DNA of 64,000 nucleotides from Octopus vulgaris (Eukaryota): NCBI GenBank assembly GCA_951406725.2, contig OX597840.1, positions 33,604,001 to 33,668,000 of the forward strand, read 5' to 3'. Shown piece by piece: positions 27,668 to 41,596 of this stretch (position 1 is its first letter; each line of letters starts with the position of its first letter). The notes under the pieces were generated by a model. It saw only the letters and a program-made list of their open reading frames with translations, ran no database searches and was not told where the DNA came from. The position numbers and the translations under genes were made by a program.

Positions 27668-28502
27668 CTACAATAAGATAATAAATGAATGAATTAATTA
27701 ATTGATAAAGGAGAAGAAGAAGAAGAAGAAGAAGAAGAAGAAGAAGAAGAAAGAGAAGAAGAAGAAGAAGAGGGGGATGGATAATAATAAGATGATGATG
27801 AAGGAGGAGAAGGAGTAGGAGGAGAAAGATAAGGAGGAGAAGGAGGAGAAGGAGAAGGAGGAGGAGGAAGAGAAGGAGGAGAAGGAGGAGAAGGAGGAGG
27901 AGGAGGAGGAGAAGAAGAAGAAGAAGAAGAAGAAGAAGAAGAAGAAGAAGAAGAAGGGGATGGATAATAATAATAATAAGATGATGATGAAGAAGAAGGA
28001 GGAGAAGGAGGAGGAGAAGGAGAAGGAGGAGGGGAAAGATAAGGAGAAGGAGAGGGGAAAGAGAAGAAGGAGGAGAAGGAGAAGAAGAAGAAGAAGAAGA
28101 AGGGGATGGATAATAATAATAATAAGATGATGATGAAGGAGGAGAAGGAGGAGGAGAAGGAGAAGGAGGAAAGATAAGGAGAAGGAGAGGGGAAAGAGAA
28201 GAAGGAGGAGAAGGAGAAGAAGAAGAAGAAGAAGAAGGAGGAGGAGGAGAAGGAGGAGGAGGAGAAGAGGAGGAGGAGGAGGAGGAGAAGAAGCAGGAGG
28301 AAAGGATAGATATTAATATGAATTTATTAATATCAATTTAAACCAATGGCCTAGCATACTTTAAAAATCCCAAAAAATCCGAAGATATATATATATGTAA
28401 GGTTAATCCAAACATGAAAACACAAAGAGAAAACACAACAACGCGTGGACGTGGAACAAATATAGTATTATTGGACGCTCAGGAAAGACGGAAAGAAGGA
28501 GG

Positions 28503-28538
28503 GTATAACGTTTCGAGCGGAGCTCTTCGTCGGAAACA
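28503..28538 (-). ncRNA. minimal hammerhead-like motif, U4C; related copy at 45866-45897 (+)
   Basis: GTTT-CCGACGA-A-GAGC tcc GCTC-GAAAC-GTT-ATAC; helix I is imperfect. Confidence 0.5.
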
Positions 28539-28960
28539 TAGGAGAAGGAAAGATCCAGAGAAGGGAAGACGGAGGGAAAAAAATCGCCAACGGTACACAC
28601 GCGGTTGCTTTGCTTATGTTTCTGGTGTTTGCTAAATTTTCTAGAGAACATTTCTTATTGGTAAGACCATAGAGGATCTACTTCTAGCATAAGGGTGTCC
28701 ACATAGTGGTAATCCCTCTCATTTGCATATATATATACATATATATACATATATATATATAAGTCTTTGTGGCTACGTTTGTAGGTGTACATTTATGACT
28801 GTGTATACATATGGGCGTATGCATGTGTGGAAGTGTATGTGTTTGAGTATGACTCTATGCGCGCGCGTATGAAAATATTTGTGAGTGAATTCACGTGTAA
28901 CTGTATGAATATATATTTTGCTGTGTCTGGGTAGAGCCATTCTTTTTTAAAACCTTATAC

Positions 28961-29060
<100 letters not shown>

Positions 29061-29409
29061 TTGTGTGAGTGCGTGAGTGAGAGGAGATTTTGTGTGTGTG
29101 TGTGTGTGGCCATAGCTCTGCTTTAATTAAAGCAGACTGGCCTGATTAATCACTAATGATTGAATGGCAAGTCCTTCTCATAATAACGCAAATATTTAAC
29201 ACTGCAAACTCATTAGTGCCGTGTTTGCATTTGGTGCGACTCAGCTCAGGGGATTGACCGACGTTCATTAGGTGGGGAGTTAATTATAGTATAGGAAGAA
29301 GAATGGTTGTGGTGGTGGTGGCGGTGGTGTAGTGGCGATTATGGCAGTTGTGGCGGCGCAGTGTTAATAATTGTTGTGGTGGTGGTGGTATTATTATTAT
29401 TATTATTAT

Positions 29410-29450
<41 letters not shown>

Positions 29451-29580
29451 AGAGGGGGAGGCGGAGGAGGAGTAATAGTGATAGTGGTGGTGGTGCTGGT
29501 GGTGTTGGTAGTGGCGGTGATGGTTGTAGTAGTAGAATAGTACTAAAGTAGTAAGAGTAGTTGTAGTCGTCGTCGTCATC

Positions 29581-29654
<74 letters not shown>

Positions 29655-29948
29655 TTAGCTCTTAAATTTTAAGTTATATATATATACAGTAAATAGGTGC
29701 AGGAGTGGCTGTGTGGTAAGTAGCTTGCTTACCAACCACATGCTTCCGGGTTCAGTCCCATTGCGTGGCACCTTGGGCATGTGTCTTCTACTATAGCCTC
29801 GGGCCGAACAAAACCTTGTGAGTGGATTTGGTTGACGGAAACTGAAAGAAGCCCGTCGTATATATATATATGTATATATATGCGTGTGTGTGTGTGTGTG
29901 TTTGTGTGTGTGTTTGTGTCTGTCTGTGTTTGTCCCCCAACATACACG

Positions 29949-29983
<35 letters not shown>

Positions 29984-30127
29984 TTATATAATATGCACGT
30001 TCCCATACATACACTAGTAGCTGAGGGCCTATGTAAGACAGATACACCACTTCTTTTCGCCAAAACATCTTATGAAAGAAAAACAAAACAGGCAAATCAA
30101 TGGTTAGAATACCCAGTGTCCACTTAC

Positions 30128-30646
30128 CGAATTTCCAAAAGCAAGAACAGTCTTAGCAAACTCTCCGACAGTCCGAACTTCTCTATACCTGTCGACATCA
30201 TGCTTACGGAATTTCTTCTTTTGCGTACCCTTTACAGGGTCCCTTTCTTTCCTTTCTTCCTTCCTCTCATTCTCCTTTACATCTTCATTATTATCGTTGT
30301 CCCCTTCCAGATGTTCCATGGAATCTCGAACCTTCTTCCATTGTTTGTTTCTCAACGCCAGGTCTTCGGAAAATAGCAGTAATGCCCCTTTACGGGTCGT
30401 AAATGTTTTCGGCAGCGAAATTTCATTGTTGACACGGCATTTTCTAAAAAGGTCTTCGGTTGTCGTTTCCACATAGAAAGGGTTTTTGTTGTTGTTGTTG
30501 GTGGTAGTGGTGGTGTTGGTTGTGACGCAGCTACTGTTCGTATTGTTGTTGCTGCCGTTGTTTAAGGGACATTTCCGGAAGGGTTCAAAAGCAACTTTAG
30601 GGTACTTAAGACCTTTATTGGATCGCTGAACCAAGTTGAAGTGATC
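30128..30646 (-). CDS. KIAA2012: KIAA2012-like protein, first exon seen (phase 0-0): DHFNL...LPKTFTTRKGALLLFSED...VRTVGEFAKTVLAFGNS
   Basis: cag| acceptor at 30647-30649 and |gtaagt donor ending at 30127; 519 nt, open. LPKTFTTRKGALLLFSE matches the vertebrate KIAA2012 N-terminal motif LPKTFSTRKGALILYSE (recalled from memory). The upstream start exon was not found and may lie in the N gap. Confidence 0.85.
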
Positions 30647-30689
30647 CTGTTGGAGAAAAGCAAATACAAAAACACTAAATTGAGTAAAT

Positions 30690-30761
<72 letters not shown>

Positions 30762-30991
30762 TGTGTGTATGAACGTGCGTATATACTCCTTACTCTTTTA
30801 CTTGTTTTAGTCATTTGACTGCGGCCATGCTGGAGCACCGCCTTTAATCGAGCAAATCGAGCCCAGGACTTAATCTTTGTAAACCTAGTACTTATTCTAT
30901 CGATCTTTTGCCGAACCGCTAAGTTACGGGGACGTAAACATACCAGCATCGGTTGTCAAGCGATGTTGGGGGAACAAACACAGACACACAG

Positions 30992-31040
<49 letters not shown>

Positions 31041-31626
31041 TACGATGGGCTTCTGTCAGTTTCCGTCTACCAAATCCACTCACAAGGCTTTGGTCGGCTC
31101 GAGGCTATAGTAGAAGACACTTGCCCAAGGTGCCACGCAGTGGGAATGAACCCGGAACCACTTACTACAGAGCCACTCCTGCGTATATGTGTATATGCTC
31201 TTTAAGAACACGTGTATTTGAAAAGGTAACAAAAGCGCTCACACACTGCAAAAAACTTCTTCCCCCAAAATGCTAGTAACATCCTCATAAAAGATTTTAT
31301 AACATTTTTTTAAATAATTTTTTTTTAATCACCTTTATACACTTCAAAAATCCTCCTAGACTTTCAAATATCTACGTACAGTAATCCCTCGACTATTGTA
31401 GGTGTCATGTTCCAAAACCCCCAGGGATAGGTGAAAATCCGCGAAGCAGAAACAGTACTGTACTGTATAGTTTTTTTTTATTATTCTCATAATTTGTATA
31501 TATCTATTTTATTACAAATGCAAAACAACACCATGGTGGAATCGAAGTAAGCTTAAATAATTAACCGCGGTAAGTGAACCGCGATAGGTGAACTGTGATA
31601 TGGCGAGGAATTACTGTGTGTATGTA

Positions 31627-31726
31627 NNNNNNNNNNNNNNNNNNNNNNNNNNNNNNNNNNNNNNNNNNNNNNNNNNNNNNNNNNNNNNNNNNNNNNNNNN
31701 NNNNNNNNNNNNNNNNNNNNNNNNNN
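31627..31726. other. assembly gap (100 N)
   Basis: Run of N. Confidence 1.
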
Positions 31727-31876
31727 GCAACAGCAACAACAGAAGAAAAGGAAAGAAAACAATGCGTCAACGAATCCAAATATTCGCGAATATAATAAAA
31801 CGTATAATACGTTTATATAAAGGTATGTATATACACATACGCACGCGTACATACACACGCACACACATTTACATCA

Positions 31877-31944
<68 letters not shown>

Positions 31945-31952
31945 TATATATA

Positions 31953-31991
<39 letters not shown>

Positions 31992-32034
31992 ACACACTCA
32001 CACACATACACATATGTATATATATGTATACACA

Positions 32035-32106
<72 letters not shown>

Positions 32107-32426
32107 AGCAAAACGCCCCCGCCGTCCAATGTTCGGTGCTGAGTTGTCAAACATTTAACCCCAAATTTTCTGAAAACAACTTGTCCGACCGTCCCATAGG
32201 CCTCTCCTTTGAGAAACACTGATAGACTTTTTTCTGTTACAAAGAAAAACGATTTCCTACGGTTTTATCGATCGCATTCTCACCTGGAATCGATTTTTGT
32301 AATTTTTTCAAGACTTATACACACACTGATACCATCGGTATCTACATATCAAATTTGAGCGCAATCGGATGGAGGATGCCCGAGATCCTAGAAGACACAC
32401 AGACAGACAGACAGACAGAACGGTTT

Positions 32427-32477
<51 letters not shown>

Positions 32478-32981
32478 CGATGGGTGAATGAATTATCCTA
32501 TGTTTACCGTCAACATGGAAAATTCGATAAACCGATACCAGGGTAGCAAATTCACGTCAGAAACACGGTTGAAGCGATCTATCCAAAGGTAGAAACCCCG
32601 GGTTCATGTGCAGAAATTTGTGTGTTATATATGAATAAATAAATAAATAAATGGAGTTGAACGAAGATGTTAATAAAATTCCTTTACTTTCGACATATGT
32701 TTCGAAGACAACATGGTTTTATTCCAAAGGAATAAACGGTGTAAGATGCAATCTTCTCATCCGGAAAGAAAGGGAGCCTCTGTCACCAACAAGGCAATAT
32801 AATAATTACGATGACTGCCTAATCTTCTCATCAGGGAAGAAAGGGAGCCCCTGTCACCAACAAGGCAATATAATAATTACGATGACTGCCTACATGATAA
32901 ACAAAACATTAACGTTTTGTTTATCATGTAGGCAGTCATCGTAATTATTATATTGCCTAGTTGGTGACAGAGGCTCCCTTT

Positions 32982-33063
32982 CTTTCCTGATGAGAAGATT
33001 GCATCTTACACCGTTTATTCCTTTGGAATAAAACCATGTTGTCTTCGAAACATATGTCGAAAG
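32982..33063 (+). ncRNA. type I hammerhead ribozyme, same family as 3720-3805, GUC triplet
   Basis: CTTTC-CTGATGA-GAAGA...TCTTC-GAAA-CATATG-TC-GAAAG. The inverted copy at about 32686-32768 has a mutated core (CGGATGA). Confidence 0.85.
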
Positions 33064-33237
33064 TAAAGGAATTTTATTAACATCTTCGTTCAACTCCATT
33101 TATTTATTTATCCATATATATATATACACACTACAGATTGTTTGCGTGCAGAACAATTTAATTATGAACATCTGGAAGTTACCCAGATGCGCGTTCATAT
33201 GTGTATAGGAGACAAACAAAGAGGGAGAGGGAGAAAC

Positions 33238-33270
<33 letters not shown>

Positions 33271-33390
33271 AATGGGTGAGAGAGAAAGAGAGTTAACATA
33301 TAGATGTATAATACGACAAGCAAAGCTGGACAAATAGATTTATCTAATAAATTATTTATATATTTTCATTCTTGATATATAATATACGCG

Positions 33391-33436
<46 letters not shown>

Positions 33437-33439
<3 letters not shown>

Positions 33440-33960
33440 AGGGCATGGTGAATAAACTGTCGTCTAAATAACGCAAAAATGAAAATAACACTGACATCTC
33501 ATTTTAACAGATATATTTATCAAAATTACATTAAAATATTTTGTAATTCAAAAAAGTAGGTTTATTCAAATGGCAGTGCTCCAGCATGGCCACAGCTCGT
33601 GAGCTGAAACTAGACAATAAATAAATAAATAAATAAATAAAATAAAATCGCCACTGGCTTCAACCACGGCCTCCAGACGACTTCGGAATCTCCTGCAACT
33701 CTTCTGGATGATCTCCTTGTTTAAGTTGGTGAATGCTGCCATAATCCTTGCCTTCAGTTCATCTTTGGTGTTACTAGAAGTTGTGATGGTCTCTCGCTCA
33801 ACTGTGCCCCACACATAATAATCAAGGGAGTTTGCAGTCTGGGGAGTTAGGTAGCCAGATGTTAGGGGTGATGTGGTTGCGGAAATTGCCTGACGGCCAT
33901 TACTGAGCTCTCCTGCTTGTTTGGCATGGTGTAGAGTCTTGTTGCCAGCGAAATCCATAA
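33437..33960 (-). mobile_element. Tc1/mariner (maT/DD37D-like) transposase remnant
   Basis: Frameshifted WQQDSTP...LDYYVWG...DELKARI...CRRFRSRLEAVVEA. A related remnant lies at about 59180-59990 (+), with YVWQKDSAP and RFQNRLEAVV. Confidence 0.8.
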
Positions 33961-33965
33961 GTTTT

Positions 33966-34001
<36 letters not shown>

Positions 34002-34015
34002 ATTTTTTCTTATTC

Positions 34016-34051
34016 CTTTCTGTTGAAGAGCGCAGGCTCGAAACGTAAAAG
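34016..34051 (+). ncRNA. minimal hammerhead-like motif, A6U variant; copies at about 1917-1950 (+) and 7870-7903 (-)
   Basis: CTTT-CTGTTGA-A-GAGC gcag GCTC-GAAAC-GTA-AAAG. Confidence 0.55.
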
Positions 34052-34102
34052 ACTTTCTCACTTTCTTGAGCGTCAAACTAATACACCTGCTTGTTGTTCA
34101 TA

Positions 34103-34259
<157 letters not shown>

Positions 34260-34546
34260 AGAGAGAGAGACCTATATGTTTGTGTATGGAGAGTTTGCGC
34301 ATGAAATATTTTGTCTTGATATCTAAACGGATACTTTTATATTTACAGATATAACGAAACCAACGCAGCCGAATTGTTCGCTCGACAATACTTTACAGAA
34401 AAACATCGCCTCCTCCCTGTTTTTATTCTTCACATTTCTCCTTCTCAGATATATTTATACGATTTACGCATCTAAATCGAGAGGAAAACCAAAAGAGAAT
34501 TTGCTAGAGCAAAACTACAGCTCATAGAGATTGTCATGTCTTAGAG

Positions 34547-34765
34547 CAGTGGTTTTCAACCAGGGTTCCGCGGAACCTTAGAGTTCCTCCAGTACAGTCC
34601 AGGGGTTCCGCAAGAAGTTACAAAACTGCTAAAATCGGCAGTAATTTTTAATTTTCCTGTGCAGATATGTGTGCATAAGACTATTAAATTATTGCACAGG
34701 GGTTCCTCGAGCCAGTGGAATGTTTCCTTGGGGTTCCGCTCCAGCAAAAAGTTTGAAAAGCACTG
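34547..34765. mobile_element. hAT (Charlie-type) MITE
   Basis: Termini CAGTGGTTTTCAACC / GTTTGAAAAGCACTG; 8-bp TSD TCTTAGAG/CCTTAGAG. Confidence 0.85.
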
Positions 34766-35025
34766 CCTTAGAGTCTTAAATAATAACAGACGCAATGGTG
34801 AACGTAACCCTGGGTGTACAAGAAAGAAAAAGCATAAGGACGGCTGGAAAGTCCTTTCGCTATAACCCAGCTTAGTGCTGTCCTGAGTCGTAACAACAAG
34901 AACATCTTCATCTGTACCATCTGCTTAGTTACCACCACAATCCGTGATCACCAGCTATTTTATCATTAGTTCTTTTAACTTCCACATATGAATAGAGAGG
35001 AGTGTTGCCTCTTTGAATTACATAT

Positions 35026-35237
35026 ATACTCTTTTACTCTTTTACTTGTTTCAGTCATTTGACTACGGCCATGCTGGTGCACCGCCTTTAGTCGAGCAAA
35101 TCGACCCCAGGACTTATTCTTTGTAAGCCCAGTACTTATTCTATCGGTCTCTTTTGCCGAACCGCTAAGTGACGGGGACATAAACACACCAGCATCGGTT
35201 GTCAAGCAATGCTAGGGGGACAAACACAGACACATAA

Positions 35238-35278
<41 letters not shown>

Positions 35279-35450
35279 CACATATATACGACGGGCTTCT
35301 TTCAGTTTTCGTCTACCAAATCCACTCATAAGGCTTTGGTCGGCCTGAGGCTATAGCAGAAGACACTTGCCCAAGATGCCACGCAGTGGGACTGAACCCT
35401 GAACCATGTGGTTGGTTAGCAAGCTACTTACCACACAGCCACTCCTGCGC
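35026..35450 (-). mobile_element. SINE family A, representative minus-strand copy
   Basis: Near-identical copies at about 4081-4237, 18766-19130, 23619-24018, 26543-27000, 27060-27480, 30783-31183, 41294-41752, 45578-45800, 46650-46870, 49870-50300, 61805-62217 and 63120-63272. Confidence 0.9.
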
Positions 35451-36559
35451 ATGTTTTAAACTTTTTCTTGTATGCCACTGACTCAACAGCGACACAAATT
35501 TACATAACAACATGTTAATTCCATGTTCTTATGTAAGTTTGTGTGTTGATCTGACAGGACCCCATATTGAGCTGAAATTTAATCGTGGCCTGGTCAATGT
35601 GTTGTCTGGTGATTCAGTGTTAAAAACACAATAGCTTTATGGTTATGATTTGAATAAAATCCTGTCAATTGTTTTCTTTTTACGTCTTTTATTTTTCTTC
35701 AGTTTATGTCTTTTTGTATTTATGCCTTTTCGAATAGTCGTTATTTCCTTTGATTTCTAGATAGAAGTAAATAGGAAACAACACTCACTGACCAAAGACA
35801 AACAATTCTGTGGTATCGAGCAGAATATTTGTTATAACGTATTGTCAGCCACTAAGGGACATGCTCAAGCCTTTGAGGTTAAGCATCTGACAAACAAATC
35901 TGTGGTATAGAGCAGAATATTTGCTATAATGATATTTCTGCTTCAGCAACTCAGTACTGAATCCGTGTGATATGTAATGGGAAATAAGTCAGTTTGAAAA
36001 CGCTTGATGTCCAGGTCAGAAAAGCAAAGTTTGAAGGGAGCAGTAGTGATTTACTTTGATTTGTAGACAGAAGTAAGTAGGAAATAGCACTTACTAACCA
36101 AAGACAACAAGCAAATGTGTGGTATTGAGCAGAATATTTGCTATAACGATATTTCCGCTTCAGCAACTCAGTGCTGAAACAGTCTGAAATGTAATGGAAA
36201 ATAGGTCAGTTTGAAAACATTGATACCCATGTGACAAAAGCAAAGATTGAAGGGAATAGTAGTCATTTCCTTTGATTTCTAGAAATAAGTAAATAGGAAA
36301 TAACACTTAATGACCAAAGACAGAAAGAAAAATAATAATATTGTTACACAGTATAGTATTATCATGAGAATGATTTGTGCGATGCCAATTCTTTTATTTT
36401 CGTCCTGGAGATTTTGTGTTTATCTGATGCAACAATTGCAATAACCTCAGATGTCATCTGGATATAGGATTTTATGGGGATATCTTCTCTTAATGAGCTT
36501 CGAAAAACTGAAGGGCCTCATCTACTCTGGGTCCATTGAGATCTATGCAGGTAACCTTC

Positions 36560-37720
36560 TTCCGAAGGCAATTCTGTGAGCATGCTAATTAAGTCATAGC
36601 TAGGGCCCAGGATGTTGCTTCTACACTCGGCCAGAATAGATGATCCCACATTCCTCAAAACCTTGGAACGCCCGAACCAATGTCCAGTATGAAGTCATAC
36701 TCAGTATAAAGTCATACTCAGAATGTCGTCGGGCAATGGGATCGGTGGATTTTCGGCTTCAGAAATTTATAGAGCGACTAGCAGCTAAGCCCGGTTTTAC
36801 CCGGTCTGTTTGGATGATGTGGCTGTGATCGTTTTCGGTTGGGCATAATCTATAACAACGTTTCTCAACGTTATTAACCCCACAAAGAGTTGAAAGAAGA
36901 GAGAGACAGCATAGCGAAAGTTTTGGCTGAGTGTCATCCTGTACTCCCCTTGTTGCTAGCGAAATGGTATATGCCGGCTGTTTGAGCAATTGATTGTTTT
37001 AATGGCGGAACAAAGAGGGGTATTCGGGTAGAACAGTTTTTCTCGGGAACTATGGGGTCTGGGAAAAAATACAAACGGCATTCCAATCTATGCACCCGTC
37101 TCCATATGTGTGCCAGTTTTCACGCGAATCCACCCAGCCGTTTGGCTGTGAACCTCAAGACAAGAAAGAATACAACGATCGCCTATGTCCAATTTATCTT
37201 AGTAGCTGGGAAGTGCGACGACGTTCTTAGGGAAACTCTGGGCGCCGACGAGAACGAACTGGTCAGTTTGTTCCGGAGGACTTTTCCGGTCGGGAACTAT
37301 CATGGATGATTTCCAGATGCCCTTGGCCTTGCAGTGCTACCGGGGTGGAGGGGGCGCTACCGGTTCGAAATAAACTCTACAAGCACGGTTGCGCTGTCAG
37401 ACGGACTTGTCCGAGATGCGTGCAAAGTGACGAAACCGTTCTGCACGCCTTCGTTGTGTCCGGGAACTTCTGACTTGTGGGGTTATGTTGAACAGCTACT
37501 GCCACGTGTAGGACGGATCCGTCTGTCGGCCGAGCCTGTAATGAAGATTGGACCGCCGCCTTCCTTCATTCGGGCAGGCAAGGTAGTTTTCCTTTGCCTG
37601 GTGGCTGTGGCGAAAGAGGTTGTTTGGTGGACAAGGCTGAAAGGCATGAGGACAGATAGATTTCTGGAGGTTGAGCTCTCATTGAATTCTTCAAGTTTCA
37701 TCAATGCTTGGACACAACCA
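36560..37720 (+). mobile_element. degraded L1/Tx1-like LINE ORF2 3' fragment, interrupted
   Basis: GC-richer island; LWGYVEQLL...FLCLVAVAKEVVWWTRLKG resembles the Tx1 ORF2 C-terminus. Confidence 0.55.
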
Positions 37721-39463
37721 CCGGCTGTTTGTAAACGATTTCGTGTCACATGGCATTCTCAGATAATTATCTCATACCTAACAAAGAACAAAAATCAAAA
37801 GAAGGAGAGGGAGAAGGAGAAGGAGGAGAAGAAGAAGAAAAAGAAGAAGAAGAAGAAGAAGAAGAAGAAGAAGAAAGAGAGCAAGAAAGAGAAGAAGAAG
37901 AAGAAGAAGAAGAAGAAGAAGAAGAAGAACAAAGAGAAGAATAAGAAAGAAGAAGAAGAAGAAGAAGAAGAAGAAGGAGAAGAAGAAGAAGAAGAAGAAG
38001 GAGAAGAAGAAGAAGAAGAGGAAGAAGAAGAAGAAAGAAGAAGAAGAAGAAGAAGAAGAAGAAGAAGAAGAAGAAGAAGAAGAAGCGGAAGAAGAAGAAG
38101 AAGAAGAAGAAGAAGAAAAAGAAGAAGAAGAAGAAGAAGAAGAAGAAGAAGAAGATGAAGAAAAAGAAGAAGATGAAGAAAAAGAAGGAGATGAAGAAAA
38201 AGAAGAAGATGAAGAAAAAGAAGGAGATGAAGAAGAAGATGAAGAAGAAGAAGAAGAAGAAGAAGAAGAAGAAGAAGAAGAAGAAGAAGAAGAAGAAGAA
38301 GAAGAAGAAGACTGCGAACCGAACCAACTTAAAGACTTTGGAACGGAGAGTTAAACGAAATCTAACGAAGAACAAAGGTGAAGAAGAAAAGAATGAAACA
38401 AGAGATCGATTTTTCTTCGGGTTCTTTTTAACAAAAGAACAAAAAATGCCTTTTGAGATCGAAGCGAGAGAAACGATTAACAATGATTAAATAAACAGCG
38501 ATTAAACTATCACAAAAGGGAGAGATAAAAGGTGAAAGACTCTGCCAGAACGATTGATCTGCTGGAAATAACACCTTGATTAAAAGCATGGATAAAGCTC
38601 CTTCTCGAAACGTATCGGATCACGGGGCTAGTTTTCCCGGCTTCCGTTGCGTATATATCCACACATCCCCTGGATGGGACGCTAGTCCTTTGCAGGATTA
38701 CGCATCTTTACCAGCTGAGTGGTCGGGAGTAACGTGAAAGAAGGTGATTTGTTCAAGAATACGACGCTTCGTCTGGTTCAGGAATCGAAACTATAATCTT
38801 AGAATCATGAGTCCAGCGCCCCTAACCACTAAGCCACGTGCCTCCACAGCAACTAACTGTAAAGGCGGACGTGTTTATGTACGGGTTCGTGGTTTGATCT
38901 CACGTCGTTCGAAGATGTGAATTCTGTTGTTCAATTCACTGAATTATCTGTCCCTGGACTGAATTTACGAGTAAGTGGGCGAGTATTCCACAGACACGTG
39001 TAACCTTTAAAGAATTCTCGGTGGAATTTGAACTCAGAACGTAGCGGCAGACGAAATACCTATTTCTTTAAACCCACAAGGGGCTAAACACAGAGGGGAC
39101 AAACAAGGACAGACAAATGAAGTAAGTCGATTATATCGACTCCAATGCGTAACTGGTACTTATTTAATCGACCCCGAAAGGATGAAAGACAAAGTTGACC
39201 TCGGCGGAATTTGAACTCAGAACGCAAAGACGGACAAAATGCCGCTAAGCAGTTCGCCCGGCGTGCTAACGTTTCTGCCAGCTCGCCGCCTTAGAAGCAC
39301 TAATAATGATAATAACAACAACAACAACAATAATAATAACGACCTTTACTAATGTCGGACGTGTGAAGTTTCCATCTGTGTCTCACATCTATTGACGTTT
39401 GCCCTTTCAATCAAATATGAAACGACGATTGCAGAACTTCTTTTGTGTGTGTACGACACACAA

Positions 39464-39513
<50 letters not shown>

Positions 39514-39615
39514 ACACACACACACACGCACGCACACACACCTATATATATACACACGTATATATATGCACAGCACACATATATACACACATATGTACAC
39601 ACACACACACACACA

Positions 39616-39684
<69 letters not shown>

Positions 39685-39729
39685 CACACACATATATACA
39701 TCTATATACATATATATCCATACACAGAC

Positions 39730-39777
<48 letters not shown>

Positions 39778-39804
39778 GTGTATATGCATATATATATGCA
39801 TTCG

Positions 39805-39842
<38 letters not shown>

Positions 39843-39879
39843 CATACGTATATATATTATATATATATATATACACAGG

Positions 39880-39980
<101 letters not shown>

Positions 39981-40001
39981 GCACACACACATATATATAT
40001 T

Positions 40002-40059
<58 letters not shown>

Positions 40060-40060
<1 letters not shown>

Positions 40061-40067
40061 ATAAATA
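40060..40067 (+). promoter_or_regulatory. candidate TATA box (TATAAATA) of the serine protease gene
   Basis: Lies about 50 nt upstream of the ATG at 40115, with an Inr-like TCATT at about 40100. Confidence 0.5.
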
Positions 40068-40114
40068 AACAGTACCAGCGTTAGCTGGTAGAAGTTTATT
40101 CATTATTTTTCGCG

Positions 40115-40178
40115 ATGGAGAAGCTGTTTTGTTTGACCCTCTTGGTGTGCCTCGTCGCCCCGTTTTACGGAGCACCTA
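40115..40178 (+). CDS. S1A serine protease exon 1, signal peptide MEKLFCLTLLVCLVAPFYGAP
   Basis: ATG followed by a hydrophobic core; A|gtaagt phase-1 donor matches exon 2. Confidence 0.85.
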
Positions 40179-40360
40179 GTAAGTAAACGTGTCTAAAATA
40201 TTTTTGCATTACCTCAAATTATCTCGCCAATACCTGTAATATACCCGGAGAAAATGGTAATCTTAGTGGTTCGTGAAAATGTGTCCACATGGACACTCGG
40301 GTTCGATATAAGATTTTGGGGGGCCCGTGCAAGCAAGGTAGTAAACTAGGTATCTGTAGT

Positions 40361-41138
40361 ATTGGATTGCCCGGAAAGTTTGTGCCGATTTATAGTAGCT
40401 TACCTTTCGACTTATTTTAGAGCATGGTTGAGTCCCTAAAATAGGATTTGACTACACCTCCATTTAGAGCACAGTTTAACCCTTTCATTACCAGCCCGGC
40501 CAAAACTGACTCTGACACTGTAGTACAAATGTCTTGTTTTCATAAGTTTTTCATTGAAATCTTCCACCAAACCTTAGTCACAATTTATGTTCCTAACACT
40601 AGCTTCATGATAACCAAATTATTTTACTAAATTCTTTATTATATTTAAAATAATTGAAAGAAACACAGAGCATCTCAAAATAAATACAGTAATGAAAGGG
40701 TTAAGCTATCTTTTCGTGGAAGAAGGTTTTATGTTCCTATAACTTGTGTTAATTCTGTAACCCTTTAAAATGGAACATAAGAAAATTCATTTTCGGCACT
40801 TGATGCTTTGGGAACCAACCAAAAATTGCTGCAGCTCGGCTGGGATGTGTTTCCCCACCCTCCATATTCACCAGATATTGCTCCTTCAGGTTTCTGCAGA
40901 ATAGTCATAATGGTAAAAATTTCAATTCCTTGGATGACGTAAAAAGATACCTTGATGAATTCTTTGCCATGAAACCACCTCAATTCTGGGAAGAGGGTAT
41001 TTTCAAGTTAAAGGAAAGATGGAGACGCATTGTGCAACAAAATGGTTCATATTTGGTTGATTAAAAATGTAGTGGCAAGTATTTATTGACCTTTTTCTTT
41101 CCTTTAAAAATCGGCACGAACTTTCCGGACTGCCCAAT
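40361..41138 (+). mobile_element. second copy of the same mariner deletion derivative, in protease intron 1
   Basis: Same TIRs and same deletion junction; TA flanks. Confidence 0.9.
40480..40700. mobile_element. piggyBac-type MITE nested in the mariner
   Basis: TIR CCCTTTCATTAC/GTAATGAAAGGG; TTAA TSD at 40476-40479 and 40701-40704; the empty site (single TTAA) is at 24131 in the other mariner copy. Confidence 0.9.
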
Positions 41139-41489
41139 AGTATTTTAAGGGTTCATGAAAAACTTTTTGCTTAAGAAGTTTATTGCAAAAAACACTTCGG
41201 TTTCTTTCACTAATGTCTTACATGTTGCCACATGGTTCCAGCCACTGACAAATGTTCCCTCAGAGTTCTGCTGCATATTTATACATGTTAACGTACTCTT
41301 TTACTCTTTTACTTGTTTCAGTCATTTGACTGTGGCCATGCTGAAGCACCGCCTTTAGTCGAGCAACTCGACCCCAGGACTTAGTCTTTGTAAGCCTAGT
41401 ACTTATTCTATCGGTCTCTCTCTTGTCGAACCGCTAAGTTACGGGGACGTAAACACACCAGCATCGGTTGTCAAGCGATGTTGTGGGGA

Positions 41490-41596
<107 letters not shown>

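Noticed and set aside
32651-33099. Two identical ORFs MELNEDVNK... on opposite strands
   Set aside because: A by-product of the palindrome, not a gene pair.
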